The notes under the pieces are model-generated. The model was not told the DNA's origin. It was given only the letters and a program-made list of their open reading frames with translations, and searched no databases. A DNA stretch of 61,302 nucleotides, counting the filler, from Hausera hauseri (taxonomy: Eukaryota), in assembly GCA_046269625.1 (NCBI GenBank). It is 13 parts of 13 records of this genome, joined end to end, with 100 filler letters (N's around TTAATTAATTAA, not from the genome) between each part and the next. Parts side by side here need not be neighbours in the genome. Positions count along the whole stretch, not along the records: positions 44,823 to 50,093 come from JBJURY010294280.1; positions 50,194 to 56,274 come from JBJURY010144091.1; positions 56,375 to 61,302 come from JBJURY010389257.1; 10 more parts are not named here. One strand, written 5' to 3'. Positions 48,407 through 61,302 of this stretch are shown in pieces (the first letter of the stretch is position 1; every line of letters starts with the position of its first letter). Made by a program: the position numbers and the translations under genes.

Positions 48407-49409
48407 ATGGGCGACGTGTGGTTCGACCCGCGTCATTCCGTCAGGTATACTGGCGTCGACAACCTGGCAAAGACTGTGAAACAGACTCAGAAACAGACCC
48501 AACGTTGGCTCGGGAAACAGTTAGCATACAGCCTAAACAAACCGATAAGAAGGCGGTTTCCAACTCGTCCATGCCGTGCTGTCGTTGTAAATAATGTATG
48601 GCAAATGTATCTAATGGAAGTGATTCTGCACGCCAGCATTAACGATGGGTATCGGTACGTGCTGATACCTATTGATGTGTTTAGTCGTTTTGCACATGCA
48701 ACTGCCGTGAAATCTAACTCCGGTATAGATTGCAGACGCTGTTCACAGATTAACTGAACAACAAAAACAATCACAGAAATATGTGCAAACGGATTTAGGT
48801 AAGGAATTCTACAACGCCCACGTTGCAGTGGTCTTAAAACGGTTCGGCGTAAACCACTACTCGGTGTTTTCCCAGTACAAGGCTTCACTCGTTGAACGAT
48901 TTAATCTAACATTGCGCGGTCGCCTAATCAAATTCTTTACGAAGCAAGGCAATAAGCGCTGGGTAGATGTACTGCTGGATATTATTCATATATACAATCA
49001 TTCGACACATCGTGGCATCAATGGATTACAGCCGGTTGACGCAATCGATGCTTTGGACATGTGGCTTTATCAGAACCGAACAACACAACGACAATGACAA
49101 CAGGCAATTAAACACCCAAAATATAAAATCTGTTCTTACATACGTATTTCGAAAATAAGTACGATGCCATTCATTAAGAATTTCAATCAGAACTGGAGCA
49201 ACGAGATTTTCGGCATTTCGGCAATAAACACAAAACAAACACCTACCATGTATGTTTTAGAGGATGAAAACGGTGAGGAAATACGCCGTAAATTTTACGA
49301 ACAGGAACTGCAGGTACTCTCACGTGGCAAAGGTTCGAATAAACAATATCTCGTCAAGTGGCCCGAATACACTGCACCGAGTTGTATTTTTCCATCACAG
49401 ATTCAATGA
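48407..49409 (+). pseudogene. Polinton retroviral-like integrase with chromodomain remnant
   Basis: YSLNKPIRRRF, IDVFSRFA, QTDLGKEFYN, KASLVERFN, NWSNEIF, KFYEQELQ, YLVKW. Confidence 0.93.
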
Positions 49410-50093
49410 GCAGCAGCAGCATTTACTTGGTACTTGATAGTAACAGATCGTTATCACAACATGACGACAATGACAATACCGCTAAACAGTATACAATGCA
49501 CTTGGACCAACCGGTCTATTTACGCCACGGAGCCTGGGAAGTGGTTTTGACGGAATTCACATTTACATTTTCACCAATGACAATACGTCATAACAGTGAT
49601 ATTTACTTTACCCGACAAGAAACGTACCCTATTTCAAGTCGTTTGCGGACAATCCGGCACAATAATAGATATATTCGTCCCAATTATTCGCGACATTTCT
49701 CGGTTTATACTTATTTTTCAAACAAATGTATGAAACTAATGCATCGAAATCCCATTGAAATGCAGTTTAATTCTATAACTGATGCTCAGGCATGGGGTTT
49801 TCAATCAGTCAATGCACACTCAAAACGTCTATGGCTAGGTGGACATTTTATAATTGGTGAAAAATTGGACCTTTCATCCAATGCGGAATCCCATATTATA
49901 GTAAAGTGGACTAAGTGAGAATCAGTCTTCCGCTCATATATTATACCACACGATCTATTAATGGACACGGAACAGGAATTGTGTGAATACGTCAAGAAAG
50001 CGGATACATTAGCTGTAAAGACATGTGAAATAAACTCAGATGGTCATATTTCGCTTACACTACATAAAAATGTAACATGTTTTGCCTTTGATG
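49406..50093 (+). pseudogene. Polinton minor capsid (penton) protein, N-terminal part
   Basis: IYLVLDSNRS..NTAKQYTMHLDQPVYL.GAWEVVLTEF. Confidence 0.8.
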
Positions 50094-50399
50094 NNNNNNN
50101 NNNNNNNNNNNNNNNNNNNNNNNNNNNNNNNNNNNNNTTAATTAATTAANNNNNNNNNNNNNNNNNNNNNNNNNNNNNNNNNNNNNNNNNNNNTTTCGCA
50201 ACTAATTCTAAGATGGTGATTTTCAATAAACATAAAGATGCAATTGATATGGCTTAAAATATGTTTAATCCTACAACAACTTCAGTGCAACTGCCAGTTA
50301 TTTACACAGAATTAAACGGACAGCAGACAATCCCAATTTTCCACCCCAAACTCAAAGGCTAAGAAATTCAGAGAATCATGCATTCAGAACGAAAGTGAG

Positions 50400-53300
50400 G
50401 TAATATGTCATACTTGAGACAAGACAATCAAAAATACATAACTTCCTGGAATATTCAAAGGATGAAACTGTTGATATTCTAAAAGATAACTTGATGGAGT
50501 TCAATGCCATCAAAGTTAGTCTAATAATAGAGGCGACATTTACTAATATAGGAGGTGAAGAGTCAAATAGGGCCTTCACGATGAAAAATAGAACAATATT
50601 GGAAGCCAGCAATATTTCAAAGTTTCTGCATAAGGAGCATGCAAAACTGATAAATGAAGCTGAGGAGACCCATTATAAGAAGAGCGGCTGGACTTTAGCA
50701 ACGATAAAGAAATTGATCATGCATGTGTACAAGTAGTCTTCGATGATAAATAGCTCCTTATGGACTGAGCAGAAAAATGCATGCATAAATGTGAAAAATG
50801 TTGACAACATGTACTCCAAGTATGCGATTCTGTCAAAATACGTAACGGATTAGCATAATGCGTCCAGAGTTTTGTTATATCAAAATATGCAGAATAATTA
50901 CGATTTCAATTGTATTACATGAAATCGTATTATTACATGAAAATATTATATGAAGATTGTATTACAATTTCAATTGTATTACACCAGCAATACATGAAAT
51001 CGGTAAATTTGAACAAGTGAAACAGACGTCCAACAATATCTTTGGGTTGGATAAAACGGATAAATTTTATCCCTTACATGTGTGCAAAGCTGAATTATAG
51101 GACGTGAAAAGAGACATTTCATCTGGGTCAAGAAATTTGAACGTCTAATGAGATCCCAAATAACGGAACATGGCAAAAGAATTGAGATCTGCAAACGATG
51201 CTCATCTAATTTCAATAGCGAATTAGCTGTGGGTAAGTTGGAAGAACACAAAATGTATTGCAACAACAATTATGGTGTCAGAACCGAATTCCCAAAAGAA
51301 GATTATATCGAGTTTAAATAGTATAAAATGCAGAAAGTCCCAATTGTCGTCCATCGTGACTTTGAGGCTATACTTAGTTCCGTTCAGAGTTGCAATCCAA
51401 ATCCTCAACAGAGTAATACGACAGAATACTAATATCATGATTTGTAATCCTTTTGCGTATATGCAAAAGGAATGGACAAGGAGCCATATTTATTCAGAGG
51501 TCTAAATGTAGCACGTATTTTTATGCAGCAATTGGAAGATTTGGCACATAAAATTGTGAACATGAGGCCTAAAGTATGGTAATATCACCAAAAGAAGAAA
51601 ATGAATGGAGAAAGTCAACAACATGTTTCATGTGTTCAAAAGCATTCACGATTGAAAATCACAGTATATATATGTCACACAGTATATATAAGTATTGAAG
51701 CGCAGCGTGCAATTCAAGTAATTTACGCTGCAGAACTGTTAAATTTGTGCATGTCATCTTTCACAGTCTTAGTGGCTATGATTTCATAGTCAAAGAACTC
51801 GGAAACATCGAAGGGGATATTGAAATGATTCCAAACAGCGAAGAGAAATATGTCACATTTACCAAACATGTAGGAAAAATTAGACTCCGATTCATTGACA
51901 GTTTCCGATTCATGAGTTCGTCACTTGATAGCCTCGTCAAGAATCGTCTATCAGATGAACTAAAGGAAACACAAAAGTTGTTTCCAGCTATATTTGACTT
52001 AGGCAAAAGGAAAGGAGTTTTTCCCTATGATTATATAACATCATAGGAATCACTGGATGAAACATCATTACCATTCAAAAAGGACTTTATAGTCAACTAT
52101 CAGACAAAAATATTATTGATGCTGATTATGAACGTGCACAAAAGGTCTGGCTTTTATTCCAGTATAAAACAATCGGAGAATGTAGTGACATATAACTCAA
52201 AACGGATATGTTGCTGCTAACAGATGTCTTCGACAGCTTTAGAAAAGTGACGCTTCAGATCCATAAGTTGGATCCAACTTATTTCTTCACCGCTCCAGGA
52301 ATGAGCTGGGCAGCAATACTGCGATATACAAATGTTCAACGTCAGGTCTTGAAGGATTACAATATGATCCTCATGATCAGGAAAGGTATTCGTGGTGGAA
52401 TCTGCAGGTCATTCACCGATATAGTGAGACCAACAATATGTATATGACAGATTATGATGCATCCAAGCTCTCCACATATATGACATACTTGGATGCTAAC
52501 AACTTGTATGGATGGGCAATGAGCGCCCAATTGCCATATGGAAACTTTAAATGGGTTGAGAACCTCGAAGACATCAAAATACAAGATCTGGATCCCAATG
52601 GAGAACCGGGCTACATATTTGATGTAGATGTGGAATAGGACCATTCAATCCACACAAGGCACGAATATTTGCATTTTCTTCCTGAAAATAAAAAGCCACC
52701 GAATGGGAAATTTAAAAAGTTATTATGCCATCTTGAAAATCGAGAACCATATATAGCCCATTATATAAATCCTCAACAGGCTATGAAGAATGGACTCTGT
52801 ATCGCAAAAAACCACCTGGCCCTACAGTTCAGCCAGTCAATGTGGCTGAAACCATTCATTGACTTCAACACACAGCTGAGGGCTAATGCCAAAACGACTT
52901 CGAGAAAAACCAATTCAAGTTGTATAACAACAGTGCTTTTGGCAAAACGATGGAGAATATCAGGAACCGGCTAAATATTGAGTTAGTGTGTGATTGGAAG
53001 AGAGCAAAGAAGCTCATTGTAAAGCCTAACTTCCACAGCAGCACAATAAACCGCCAAAATCTGATTGGCATTCATATGCTGAAAACATCTTTGGAGTTCA
53101 ATAAGCCAATTTATGTTGGTATGCGATATTAGACCTATCAAAGACCTTGGTGAACGATTTCCACTATAATATCATGGTCCCAACATTCAAGAGCTGAAGC
53201 TGATGTATAGGGATTCTAATAGCTTTATATATCAGATCCATACAGATGATATCTATGAGGACTTTGCTCAGTTGGTGCAGCATATGGATACATCGGACTA

Positions 53301-53670
53301 TGCGAAACACTATAGAAACTTCTCCCTAGGGAACAAAAAGGTCCTTGGAAAATTCAAAGATGGTGTGAATGGGAAAATCATATCTCGATTCGTGGCATTT
53401 TGCTCCAAGTTATATACTATCGATGTTAATGGCCAAGTGAAAATGCGAGCAAAAGGAGTTCAAAGGGCCGCATTAAACAAAAAGAACATTTTCAATGACT
53501 GTGACAGTTCTGAAGGATCAGAGTCACATTATATCAGGGATGAATCGCATCCAATCTCGGACTCTTGAGATTGAAACAGTCAAGATCCACAAAAGGAATC
53601 TAGATAGGATAGATGATAAAAGGAATATATTAGGTGATGATATTTCCACCTTACCTCATAGTCATGTTTC
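50400..53670 (+). pseudogene. Polinton protein-primed DNA polymerase B, near full length, many frameshifts
   Basis: FHSLSGYD, RFIDSFRFMSSSLDSLV, RKGVFPYDY, YLDANNLYGWAMS, NSAFGKTMEN, KPIYVG, YRDSNS (YxDTDS-like), LGKFKD, AKGV, DDKR. Confidence 0.95.
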
Positions 53671-53871
53671 TCTTTTATTATTTTATTGTTTGTACATGTT
53701 GTATATATGTCGAATAAATGTTTTGAGTTTTATTCAAGCAATTAAATACTATATAGGTTAATATAAATAACATATTCAAAAATCAATAAATTTAAAATTC
53801 AAAATTTAATTAAAAATCAATAAATTTTAAATTCAAATTTGATTGGTATTACTATATCATTTTTTCCAAAA

Positions 53872-54251
53872 ATGAACAAAACGTGTGGAATTTGCCTCGA
53901 AGAGATGATTTTGAATAATATGAGAATAGCCGCATGTGATAATAACAAATTTCCTTTAAAATGCTTAAGAGAGTGGTTGAATCGCATGAAGAATTGCCCA
54001 ATATTTAGTAAGAAATACTATTATGTTATTGTTGAAGATGGATATGCCCAAAAGCTATATTTTGTATTGGTGCAAAAAATACATAAATGGGATTTGGGAA
54101 GACACTGAAAATGAAGATGATGACGATGACGATGACGATGACCATACCATGNNNNNNNNNNNNNNNNNNNNNNNNNNNNNNNNNNNNNNNNNNNNNNNNN
54201 NNNNNNNNNNNNNNNNNNNNNNNNNNNNNNNNNNNNNNNNNNNNNNNNNNN

Positions 54252-54334
<83 letters not shown>

Positions 54335-54388
54335 TTTTTACCGCTATTTTACTGTGATTCTGACTGTGGTTACGACAGTGGTTTGTAA
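53872..54388 (+). pseudogene. RING-finger-like ORF with poly-Asp tail
   Basis: CGICLEEM..ACDNNKFPLKCLREWL..KNCPIF (degenerate RING-H2), then a frameshifted WEDTENE(D)n. Confidence 0.6.
54115..54334 (+). repeat. (GATGAC)n microsatellite spanning a gap
   Basis: Perfect hexamer run on both sides of the Ns. Confidence 0.92.
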
Positions 54389-55029
54389 TTATTTATATAT
54401 AAATAAATTTTATTTATATTTTTTTTTAATTATTGTAATCAAGTACGATTAATAAATCTTTGTTAATGCGTGAAAATGTTAAACATTTCTTAAAACACTT
54501 ATTATCAAATATTATATTTGTCATGCTCATATTTTACATGCTACTCATTTGTGCTCCCATGCGTGCTAACATGCTGTCGCTGTGCTGGACAATGCACATC
54601 TCAATACTTTAGGGTCTGATTCACTTTCTCAACATGAAATGGGATACTGCCTAAGGACAAAAGAATTGTTGGCGGTTTGTTATTTTTGTGATCATTTTAA
54701 GCATTATTTATATAAGTAAACGGTTTAAACTAAGAACGAATCACAGGGTAGTAACCCCTATTGTAACAATAAAATGACCCATATCTCCGCAATCCCAGAT
54801 ATGAATGATTTATCTTAGTCGTTTGGATATTGAATGGGTCAATAGAAAGGGTGAGAAACATATTAATGCGAATACCTAAATTAAGGAGACAAAAAATATG
54901 AGTTTTGTATGAAATTACCCTGGATTGTTGAAATAAGAGGCGAAAGAATGACATAGAAATTCAAGAGATAAAAAGTAAAATTCAGAATAAATGATTTATG
55001 TCATACATGAAGTGTTATACACGTATACT

Positions 55030-55230
55030 ATTAAAATATTGATTCCATATTTAAGACGTCATGATTTTATTAATGAATATTACAAAACACTTTGTTAAGC
55101 AGGGAAGAAAAAGTCGGAATATATGTTAAGAAAGATTTTTATATGATAAATATGAATGAAGTCGTCGAAGACTTCATTGATAATTGTCTTATTTGTCGAA
55201 AGAGGAAGACCTATGAGGGTGGAGGTAAGG
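55030..55230 (+). pseudogene. Integrase Zn-binding (H2C2) domain remnant
   Basis: ILIPY..KKDFYMINMNEVVEDFIDNCLICRKRK. Confidence 0.5.
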
Positions 55231-55560
55231 TTTTTGCCAAAACTCACATTTTTCCACTACTGAAACTACTTTAGTGCAATACTTTATGCCTTGTCTATTG
55301 AAATTTTCTGTGAATCATATGCAGAGATAGTGCGATGTATCTTCTATGCACGANNNNNNNNNNTTTTTCTAAACATTATTCTGAAGTCAATAAAATTATC
55401 TTATATCAATTTATTGATTTTGTTTTTAAAAATTTGGGAAACATGTGAATAGGCTTTGACGATGATGGTCAATCCAACGAAATATTTATTTTATTGCAAA
55501 ATAACGCTAATTCACTTTGTTTATGGATGTTAATTTACTTATTTGTTATTTAGTTTGTAG

Positions 55561-55704
55561 ATTTATATAAAGGACATTTATGGTGTGCGAACTTTTGTTC
55601 TTCATGCCCATTAAACTCCAATTGCTATTGCATTCCATCGAAATCGAAAAGTTTTCATTACTGTGCTTGTAAAATTGGTTTTTCTGGTGTAAACTGTACA
55701 GCAG
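55561..55704 (+). CDS. Isolated exon encoding an 8-Cys EGF-like domain
   Basis: tttgtag| (D)LYKGHLWCANFCSSCPLNSNCYCIPSKSKSFHYCACKIGFSGVNCTA(G) |gtaatt; 144 bp, phase 1/1, CxCxxGFxGxNC signature. Confidence 0.8.
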
Positions 55705-55885
55705 GTAATTCCGTATAATATGCTTTGAAGAATATCCATTGACCATACTGCAGATAGTCCTATTAATCGCAGTGTCAGTCTTCAAAGTCATGTTTTTGGA
55801 TTGAATTGGTCTACATTTTGTGATCTGGTTTTCTGTCTCTCTGGTAGTAGTTTGGGGTTTTGTTGGGTGTTTTTTTGGTTCATAA

Positions 55886-56145
55886 TTAACAACCCCTAAC
55901 AATATCTATGTTGATTGTACTAATGGAGCATATATTAACGGAAAATTTTCGAATATTGTATGTTCATTTCCAAGTTTTACTCTTCATTCAAGTTATAAAA
56001 TGTCTGAAAGGCAAGTATTTCCAATTTATTATCCAGTGAACAGAAAACATAGGTAGACTAAATATAAAATTTTTAGATGATCCAGAAAAAATTATAGATT
56101 TTAGTGGAGTAAAAATTATTGTGCTTGCATCTGAAGCAGGTGTAA
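55886..56145 (+). pseudogene. Polinton minor capsid C-terminal remnant (second type)
   Basis: DCTNGAYING..NIVCSF..YKMSE..IYYPV / LNIKFLDD..IIDFSGVKI / LHLKQV*; two frameshifts. Confidence 0.65.
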
Positions 56146-56374
56146 CAAGTATAGGGGCAATAAAATTTTTGTATTATATAAAATGGATGTATACATACAA
56201 AACTTTTTAAAAACATTTGGAATTTCAAAGAATACAAATTTTGATATGTATGATATTAATAATAAATGAAGTCTNNNNNNNNNNNNNNNNNNNNNNNNNN
56301 NNNNNNNNNNNNNNNNNNTTAATTAATTAANNNNNNNNNNNNNNNNNNNNNNNNNNNNNNNNNNNNNNNNNNNN

Positions 56375-57500
56375 AGGAAAATGTTCTGAGCTGACTGCAT
56401 TGTTAATACAGAAGATAAAGGTTGAACGTTTTGAAGAATTTTGGGATGGCGAAATTTTTGACTTAGTGAGTAAGCAGAGCATGTTATATGAACGACAGGA
56501 GAACAGACATAAATTTGATGTGAAGTACTACCATAATCTATCCAGAGAAAGGATGTATTGGGAAAAGGAGGACGATTGTAGCGTGGATATAGCGTCCGAC
56601 GCCCTCAGTCGCCAGGAATACATTGACATCAAGCGAAATCTGTATCTCGCTAATAATGCTGGATTTCATTCATGCGACAAGTTTGACAAAGTGAGTCGTT
56701 ATTTCGAGCTACTTAATAATAGGTTTGCCAAGTTTGGAGTGTTTTCGCACTACATATCTACAGTTGATCAAATGATACCTAACTTCGGTAGACACTCCTG
56801 CAAGATGTATATGAGAGGAAAACCTGTCAGGTTTGGCTTCAAGACATAATGTCTTTCATTCCGTGCGCTGGATGCGATAAAAGAGTTTATTACAACCTGG
56901 CACTTGGTGTGATTCAATTATTGGATATTATCAATGTACCAAGTCAGCATGCTGTCTACTTCGATAACTTTTTTACTTCTCAGCATCTGCTTGAACTCAG
57001 TAAGCGAAATTTTTGCGCATGAAGGACAATCAGCGAATGTTGTCTGGTTGGCTGCACTCTTGAAGACAGTATGACTCTGGCCAAGAAGGATCATAGTTCA
57101 TTTGATTGTTTCTATAATAGCCGCAACAATATCATGGCTGTTTAATGGAACGACAATTCTGTGATGACGCTAACGAGTAACTTTGAAACTGTGCAACTGC
57201 TTCTCTCCTCAAAACGCTTTTAATGCACGGTCAATAAAATCGTTACAGTTTCACAGACAGGTGCAATTGTTTCCTATGACATGTGTATGGGAGGGGTGTC
57301 GAATCACTGTAAAAGGAAAAAATGGTGATAGCCACTATTTATCAACTTTGGTGATGTTGCACTGTGCAATGTGTGGTGACTTCATCGTCTGGTTAATGGC
57401 AAAGAATTTGACCTGCTAAAATTTTATCGTCCAGTTGTGATTTTGCTGCTGAAAGCGAAGCCATGTGATAACTGTTCAACTGTGCACAATGGTAATCTGC
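56375..57500 (+). mobile_element. piggyBac (PGBD2/3-like) transposase remnant
   Basis: DKFDKV, TVDQMIPNFGRHSCKMYMRGKPVRFGFK, VYFDNFFTS, WNDNSV, MGGV. Confidence 0.9.
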
Positions 57501-57794
57501 TTGGTCGATGGAGCAGCAATAACGTTGTTTAAATACGGAGATCGAAGAGCGTGTTTAATAAAAGCATATTAGACTTTCACTTTTAGTTTATTTTAGATAG
57601 TTCTGTTTCATTAGTGTAATTTTATACAATACAGTTTCCTGAGTGTGTTAATTACATCCAAACTACATTAGAGCTCCTGTTATTTACAACATATAAACAT
57701 GTAAATATCTGAAGGCAGGTTCGATGGTGGTTCGGAACCGTTAAGGTGCCTGCGCTTGGACTTCCTCGCACGAATTCTATTTGTATTATCCGGG

Positions 57795-60700
57795 CAGTGG
57801 CGTACCAGGCGATTGTGGCGTCCGAGGCTGACTGATTGAATTGCTTCCTCTCCTGAAGAAATGCAGCGATTACTTTTTTTAGGCATAACAGCAGAAATTT
57901 TTAATTCACAGAAACGCGGCTTATTTCGGAAAAATGCTAGTTAATTCTTAAAAATACCCAACTTAATGAAACAGCAGTCACATTTATGGAATTTAAGACT
58001 TGGATGTATGCATCTAGAGAAAACTACTGACAAGTTAGAGAAACAAAACAACATAAATAAACAGTCTGTAGCATCACACAACACTGTTTCAGATAAAAAA
58101 CATGAGATGGTGGAGAACCCATGACTGTCACTGTGAGGTTACAAATCACAAAAGTCGTTTACGACATTTGGCTGCTGCGAATTGCGCAACAACTGTATTA
58201 AAGTCTGGTGTCAGCAAGTTCCTTCTTAATGGAGATGATGGTGGCGGCATTCAATCTGGCTTGCGACATTGTTGATTGCAAGTAAGACTTGATCAGCTTC
58301 AGTTTGCTGAATGCTCTTTCACATGAGGCACCCGACACAGGGAGGGTGAGAAAGATTTTAAGCGCAGTGGTGAGGTTTGGGTATATCTCTTGCAAACCCA
58401 GCTTCACTACGAATTGCAGGAAGTCTTTTGCACATAGTCTCCTTTGCATTTTGTCACTGAAATGCAATAAGTTCGTGACGGATGCGTTTCATCTATGCCA
58501 GTAAATTCTGACCATTGACATCAGAGTGATACTTCTTGGCTATGTTGGAAATTTCTTTTACCAGGCAATCTTCATTATATTCTGATGAGGTTATCATGTG
58601 ATTACAGTTCAAGAAGCCGAAATTGGTTTGAACGGCATGGAGATCCTCAAAGCGTCGATTAATTTCAGCGATAATGTTGTCCAAAACTTAGAATAAATGT
58701 ATGGTCATTTTATGCTGCAGAGTAATGTAGAAGCCATTATCCTCCGTTAGTTCACCGGGCATAGTCTTTCGTTAGCGTCTTTTCTTCGTAGTAATGTTGA
58801 CACCTTGTTCATCACACAGATTTTCAGCATACTGAACAAATTTTTGAACATTTTCTTGCATTTCTTGTAAATGGGCAAGAAGGGCTATCAGACGGTTTAC
58901 GGAATCTTTCAAACTGTCACCAGCTACCCGGAGGCTTTTGTTCGCCACATCTACCGTTCGTAGCACAGCAGGTCACAGGTGCAAATGGGCAAGAAAAGAT
59001 AACTGAAACATCTGACTAATAAGAACTTCAGCATCAAAACGTGTTTCCGGTGTTTCATCTTGGCTAATAAGGTCTTCAGTGGCAGCAATGATTTAGGAAT
59101 GTTGAGTAGCAACAGCAGAAACTACTTTAACTTTTGAACACCATCGAACATCGAAGTGCCCTTTTATGCTGATCTTGATGTGGCGCTTTATTATTTCCCA
59201 TCTGTGAGTCGAGGATGAGAAGAACGTGTAAAATTTTTCAATGACATCGAAAATTTTCACACTCAATGTTTATTTGAGAGGCGTGTACGCATGAGATTAA
59301 GACTGAGCACTGCAGGAAACGTAACGAGCTAGCGGGTTCAATTGAGAAATCCGAGTTTAAACACCCGATTCTTGCCGGGCATAATTGCAGCATTGTCGTA
59401 ACTTTGAGCCCGGCTAATCGTCTCTCAATTTTCCAAGAATTTCCTCTGAAATTGCTTTTCCCGTCTTCGCGCGACATTTGACAAAGTCGACAAAGCTTTC
59501 CGAGACTTTCACAATTCCATCTCCACCCATTTTGACATATCTGATTTGTTGTGCCATCTGCTCCACATGGGAAACGTCGGGAATTGTGCCAAACATTATA
59601 GAGAAGTACTTAGCCTCTCGAATGTCGGCCAAAATGGTTGCACGAATTTTTCCAACGATGAGAAAATTTAATTCATTTTGTATAAGAGGAGACAAATATG
59701 TCACAGAATCCTTCTTCTCAGTGATATTAGACAGACGGGTTTTCAGAACACTGTCGTATTTCGCAAGAAGCTTAACAGTCCCGAGGAAGTTACAAGCATT
59801 TGTCGAGTCTGCCAAACATTCTAAGTGACCTCTGAAAGCCAGACTTGTCTTTGCCAAATACAATACGATATCATAGATGCGCTTCAACATCTGCGTCCAT
59901 GTGTTCCTTTTCTCTTTTATTTCTCTCTGCAATGCATTATCCAAGGTTCCCTCATGTTTTAGACGTGCCTCCAAATTTGTCCACAGATGAAAGGCCTTCT
60001 TGTGATGTTTTGAATTTTCATGTTCTCTAATTCATGGATTTAGTTTTTTCAGTGCTGAAAGTCCCTCCTTGCTGTTAAATGCGGATTTCTTTTCCATTGA
60101 AAAAAGAATGCAAGGGAATCAAAATGCTTCAGTTTTCCTAACTGAATAACACAGCCATCATCTTAGAACTGTAGTCCCATTCTGAAGAACTTTCTTGAAC
60201 CATACTTTTGACAATGACCGCCCATCTGATTCCGCAAACTGAGCATCCCTATTGCAAAATATTTGTGGGCCGCGACGAACTAACTTACATCAAATATTGT
60301 CAGGAATGGGTCGGACCATTCTCCTACGTCATAAAGCATTTCAAGACATTGGCTCATCTGATTGGCATCTGCGTCCTGCACCTGTTCCAAATTATCTGTT
60401 GGCTACAGAATGGGTTGGGACATTGTGTTATGGCCATCATCTCCTGTGATTGCCGGTGCTGTCACTTCCAAGCTCTCAACCATGCTTTTTCCCGTGTCGA
60501 CTGCCTCATACCCATTAACAATCACTATCTCCTCACCGTCATGTTCCACTTGTTGCTCTTCTATCAGTGCATCTTCTTCCTTACTGAAGTCTCGTGACAC
60601 AGTGAACAGTGACACAGATGGTTTATGGAGCCACGTACCAAGTTGCATGGACGTCTTTGCGTTTGCATTAACCTCTTCCTGTTTCCTTTTCTTGCTTTTA

Positions 60701-61265
60701 GCGCTACTTCCTTTCCCTTGCAATGATTGCATTTTCCGCTTCATAGTGATTTACATTCAACCAAAAGAGAATTATAAAGGACAAACAATTTTGAAGAGAT
60801 CTAACAATAAGTAAGAAGAATCCACAATGAAACAAGTAGGTACTTATATTATAGACAGGTTGTGCAATCAATAACTGATGAGAAAATGTTGGTAACAAAT
60901 TTAATTAAATTGCATCTGACTGATCGTCATATTGATTTTTGATGATAATGGCTTTATCATGCATGCTTATGTTGTTATTGTGTCATTATTTTGTTCGTTG
61001 TATACATGATAAATGTAGTCAGCTGAAGCCTGAATGTTATATAATTTGCACTTAGCAATTTAGAGATTACACAGGTAATTGCTGATAAATAAGCAGACGT
61101 TTACTTTAAGTTTGGAGAATTATAATTGAAATGGCAACACACTAATACTGATACCTGCTTCATTTGTAATTAACTGAATTGTACTGCACTTTGATATGTT
61201 AATATTGCCTCAAATCCAGCGCCCTGGGCGATTACTCTTTTCGCTCCCGCCTTGTTCCGCCTTTG
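57795..61265 (-). mobile_element. Full-length hAT transposon with 8-bp TSD TATCCGGG
   Basis: TATCCGGG at 57787-57794 and 61266-61273; imperfect TIRs CAGTGGCGTACCAGGCG / revcomp CAAAGGCGGAACAAGGCG. Confidence 0.92.
58140..60744 (-). pseudogene. hAT (ZMYM1/DUF4371-type) transposase pseudogene
   Basis: RWLCYS..FPC, LAFRGH, NFLGTVKLLAKYD, YLSPLIQNEL, KYFSI..PDVSHVEQ, dimerisation motif LTLPVSGASCERAFSKLKLIKSYL. Confidence 0.93.
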
Positions 61266-61302
61266 TATCCGGGTAACACTCATCATACTTTCTTCTATAT
61301 AC

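Larger units (their letters stand above)
47077..50093 (+). mobile_element. Polinton/adintovirus core gene block (ATPase, basic ORF, pX-like, integrase, minor capsid)
   Basis: Compact co-oriented genes; the integrase stop overlaps the minor capsid start (ATGA, 49406-49409). Confidence 0.92.

Noticed and set aside
5055-56374. Regularly recurring TTAATTAATTAA as a biological repeat or array; gene neighbourhoods spanning it
   Set aside because: Always embedded in an identical N pad, so it is an assembly linker; cross-linker synteny (e.g. Polinton core block next to polB at 50094) is unsupported.

Overview
This is not one contiguous locus. It is 13 short eukaryotic (probably invertebrate metazoan) contigs joined by an artificial 100-bp N-TTAATTAATTAA-N linker (12 copies), so adjacency across linkers means nothing. 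Most of the sequence is decayed mobile DNA: several Ty3/Gypsy LTR retrotransposon pieces (one family present 3-4 times, with a conserved -1 frameshift signal), Polinton/Maverick (adintovirus-like) pieces on three contigs (pPolB twice, packaging ATPase, pX-like peptide, integrase, minor capsid twice), two piggyBacs (one interrupted by a mariner), a full-length hAT with an 8-bp TSD, RTE LINE scraps, an EnSpm-like MITE and a 4-kb 15-bp minisatellite. Two candidate host exons are a calpain catalytic-Cys exon and a phase-1/phase-1 EGF-like exon missed by the ORF track. The most striking object is at 30567-35322 (-): a retroelement gag with a CCHC knuckle, then about 2.3 kb of unrecognisable coding sequence with no visible protease/RT/RNase H/integrase, then a chuvirus-type (class III fusion-like) glycoprotein, i.e. 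a candidate pol-less gag+env element. All family assignments come from motif recognition by eye, not from database searches.
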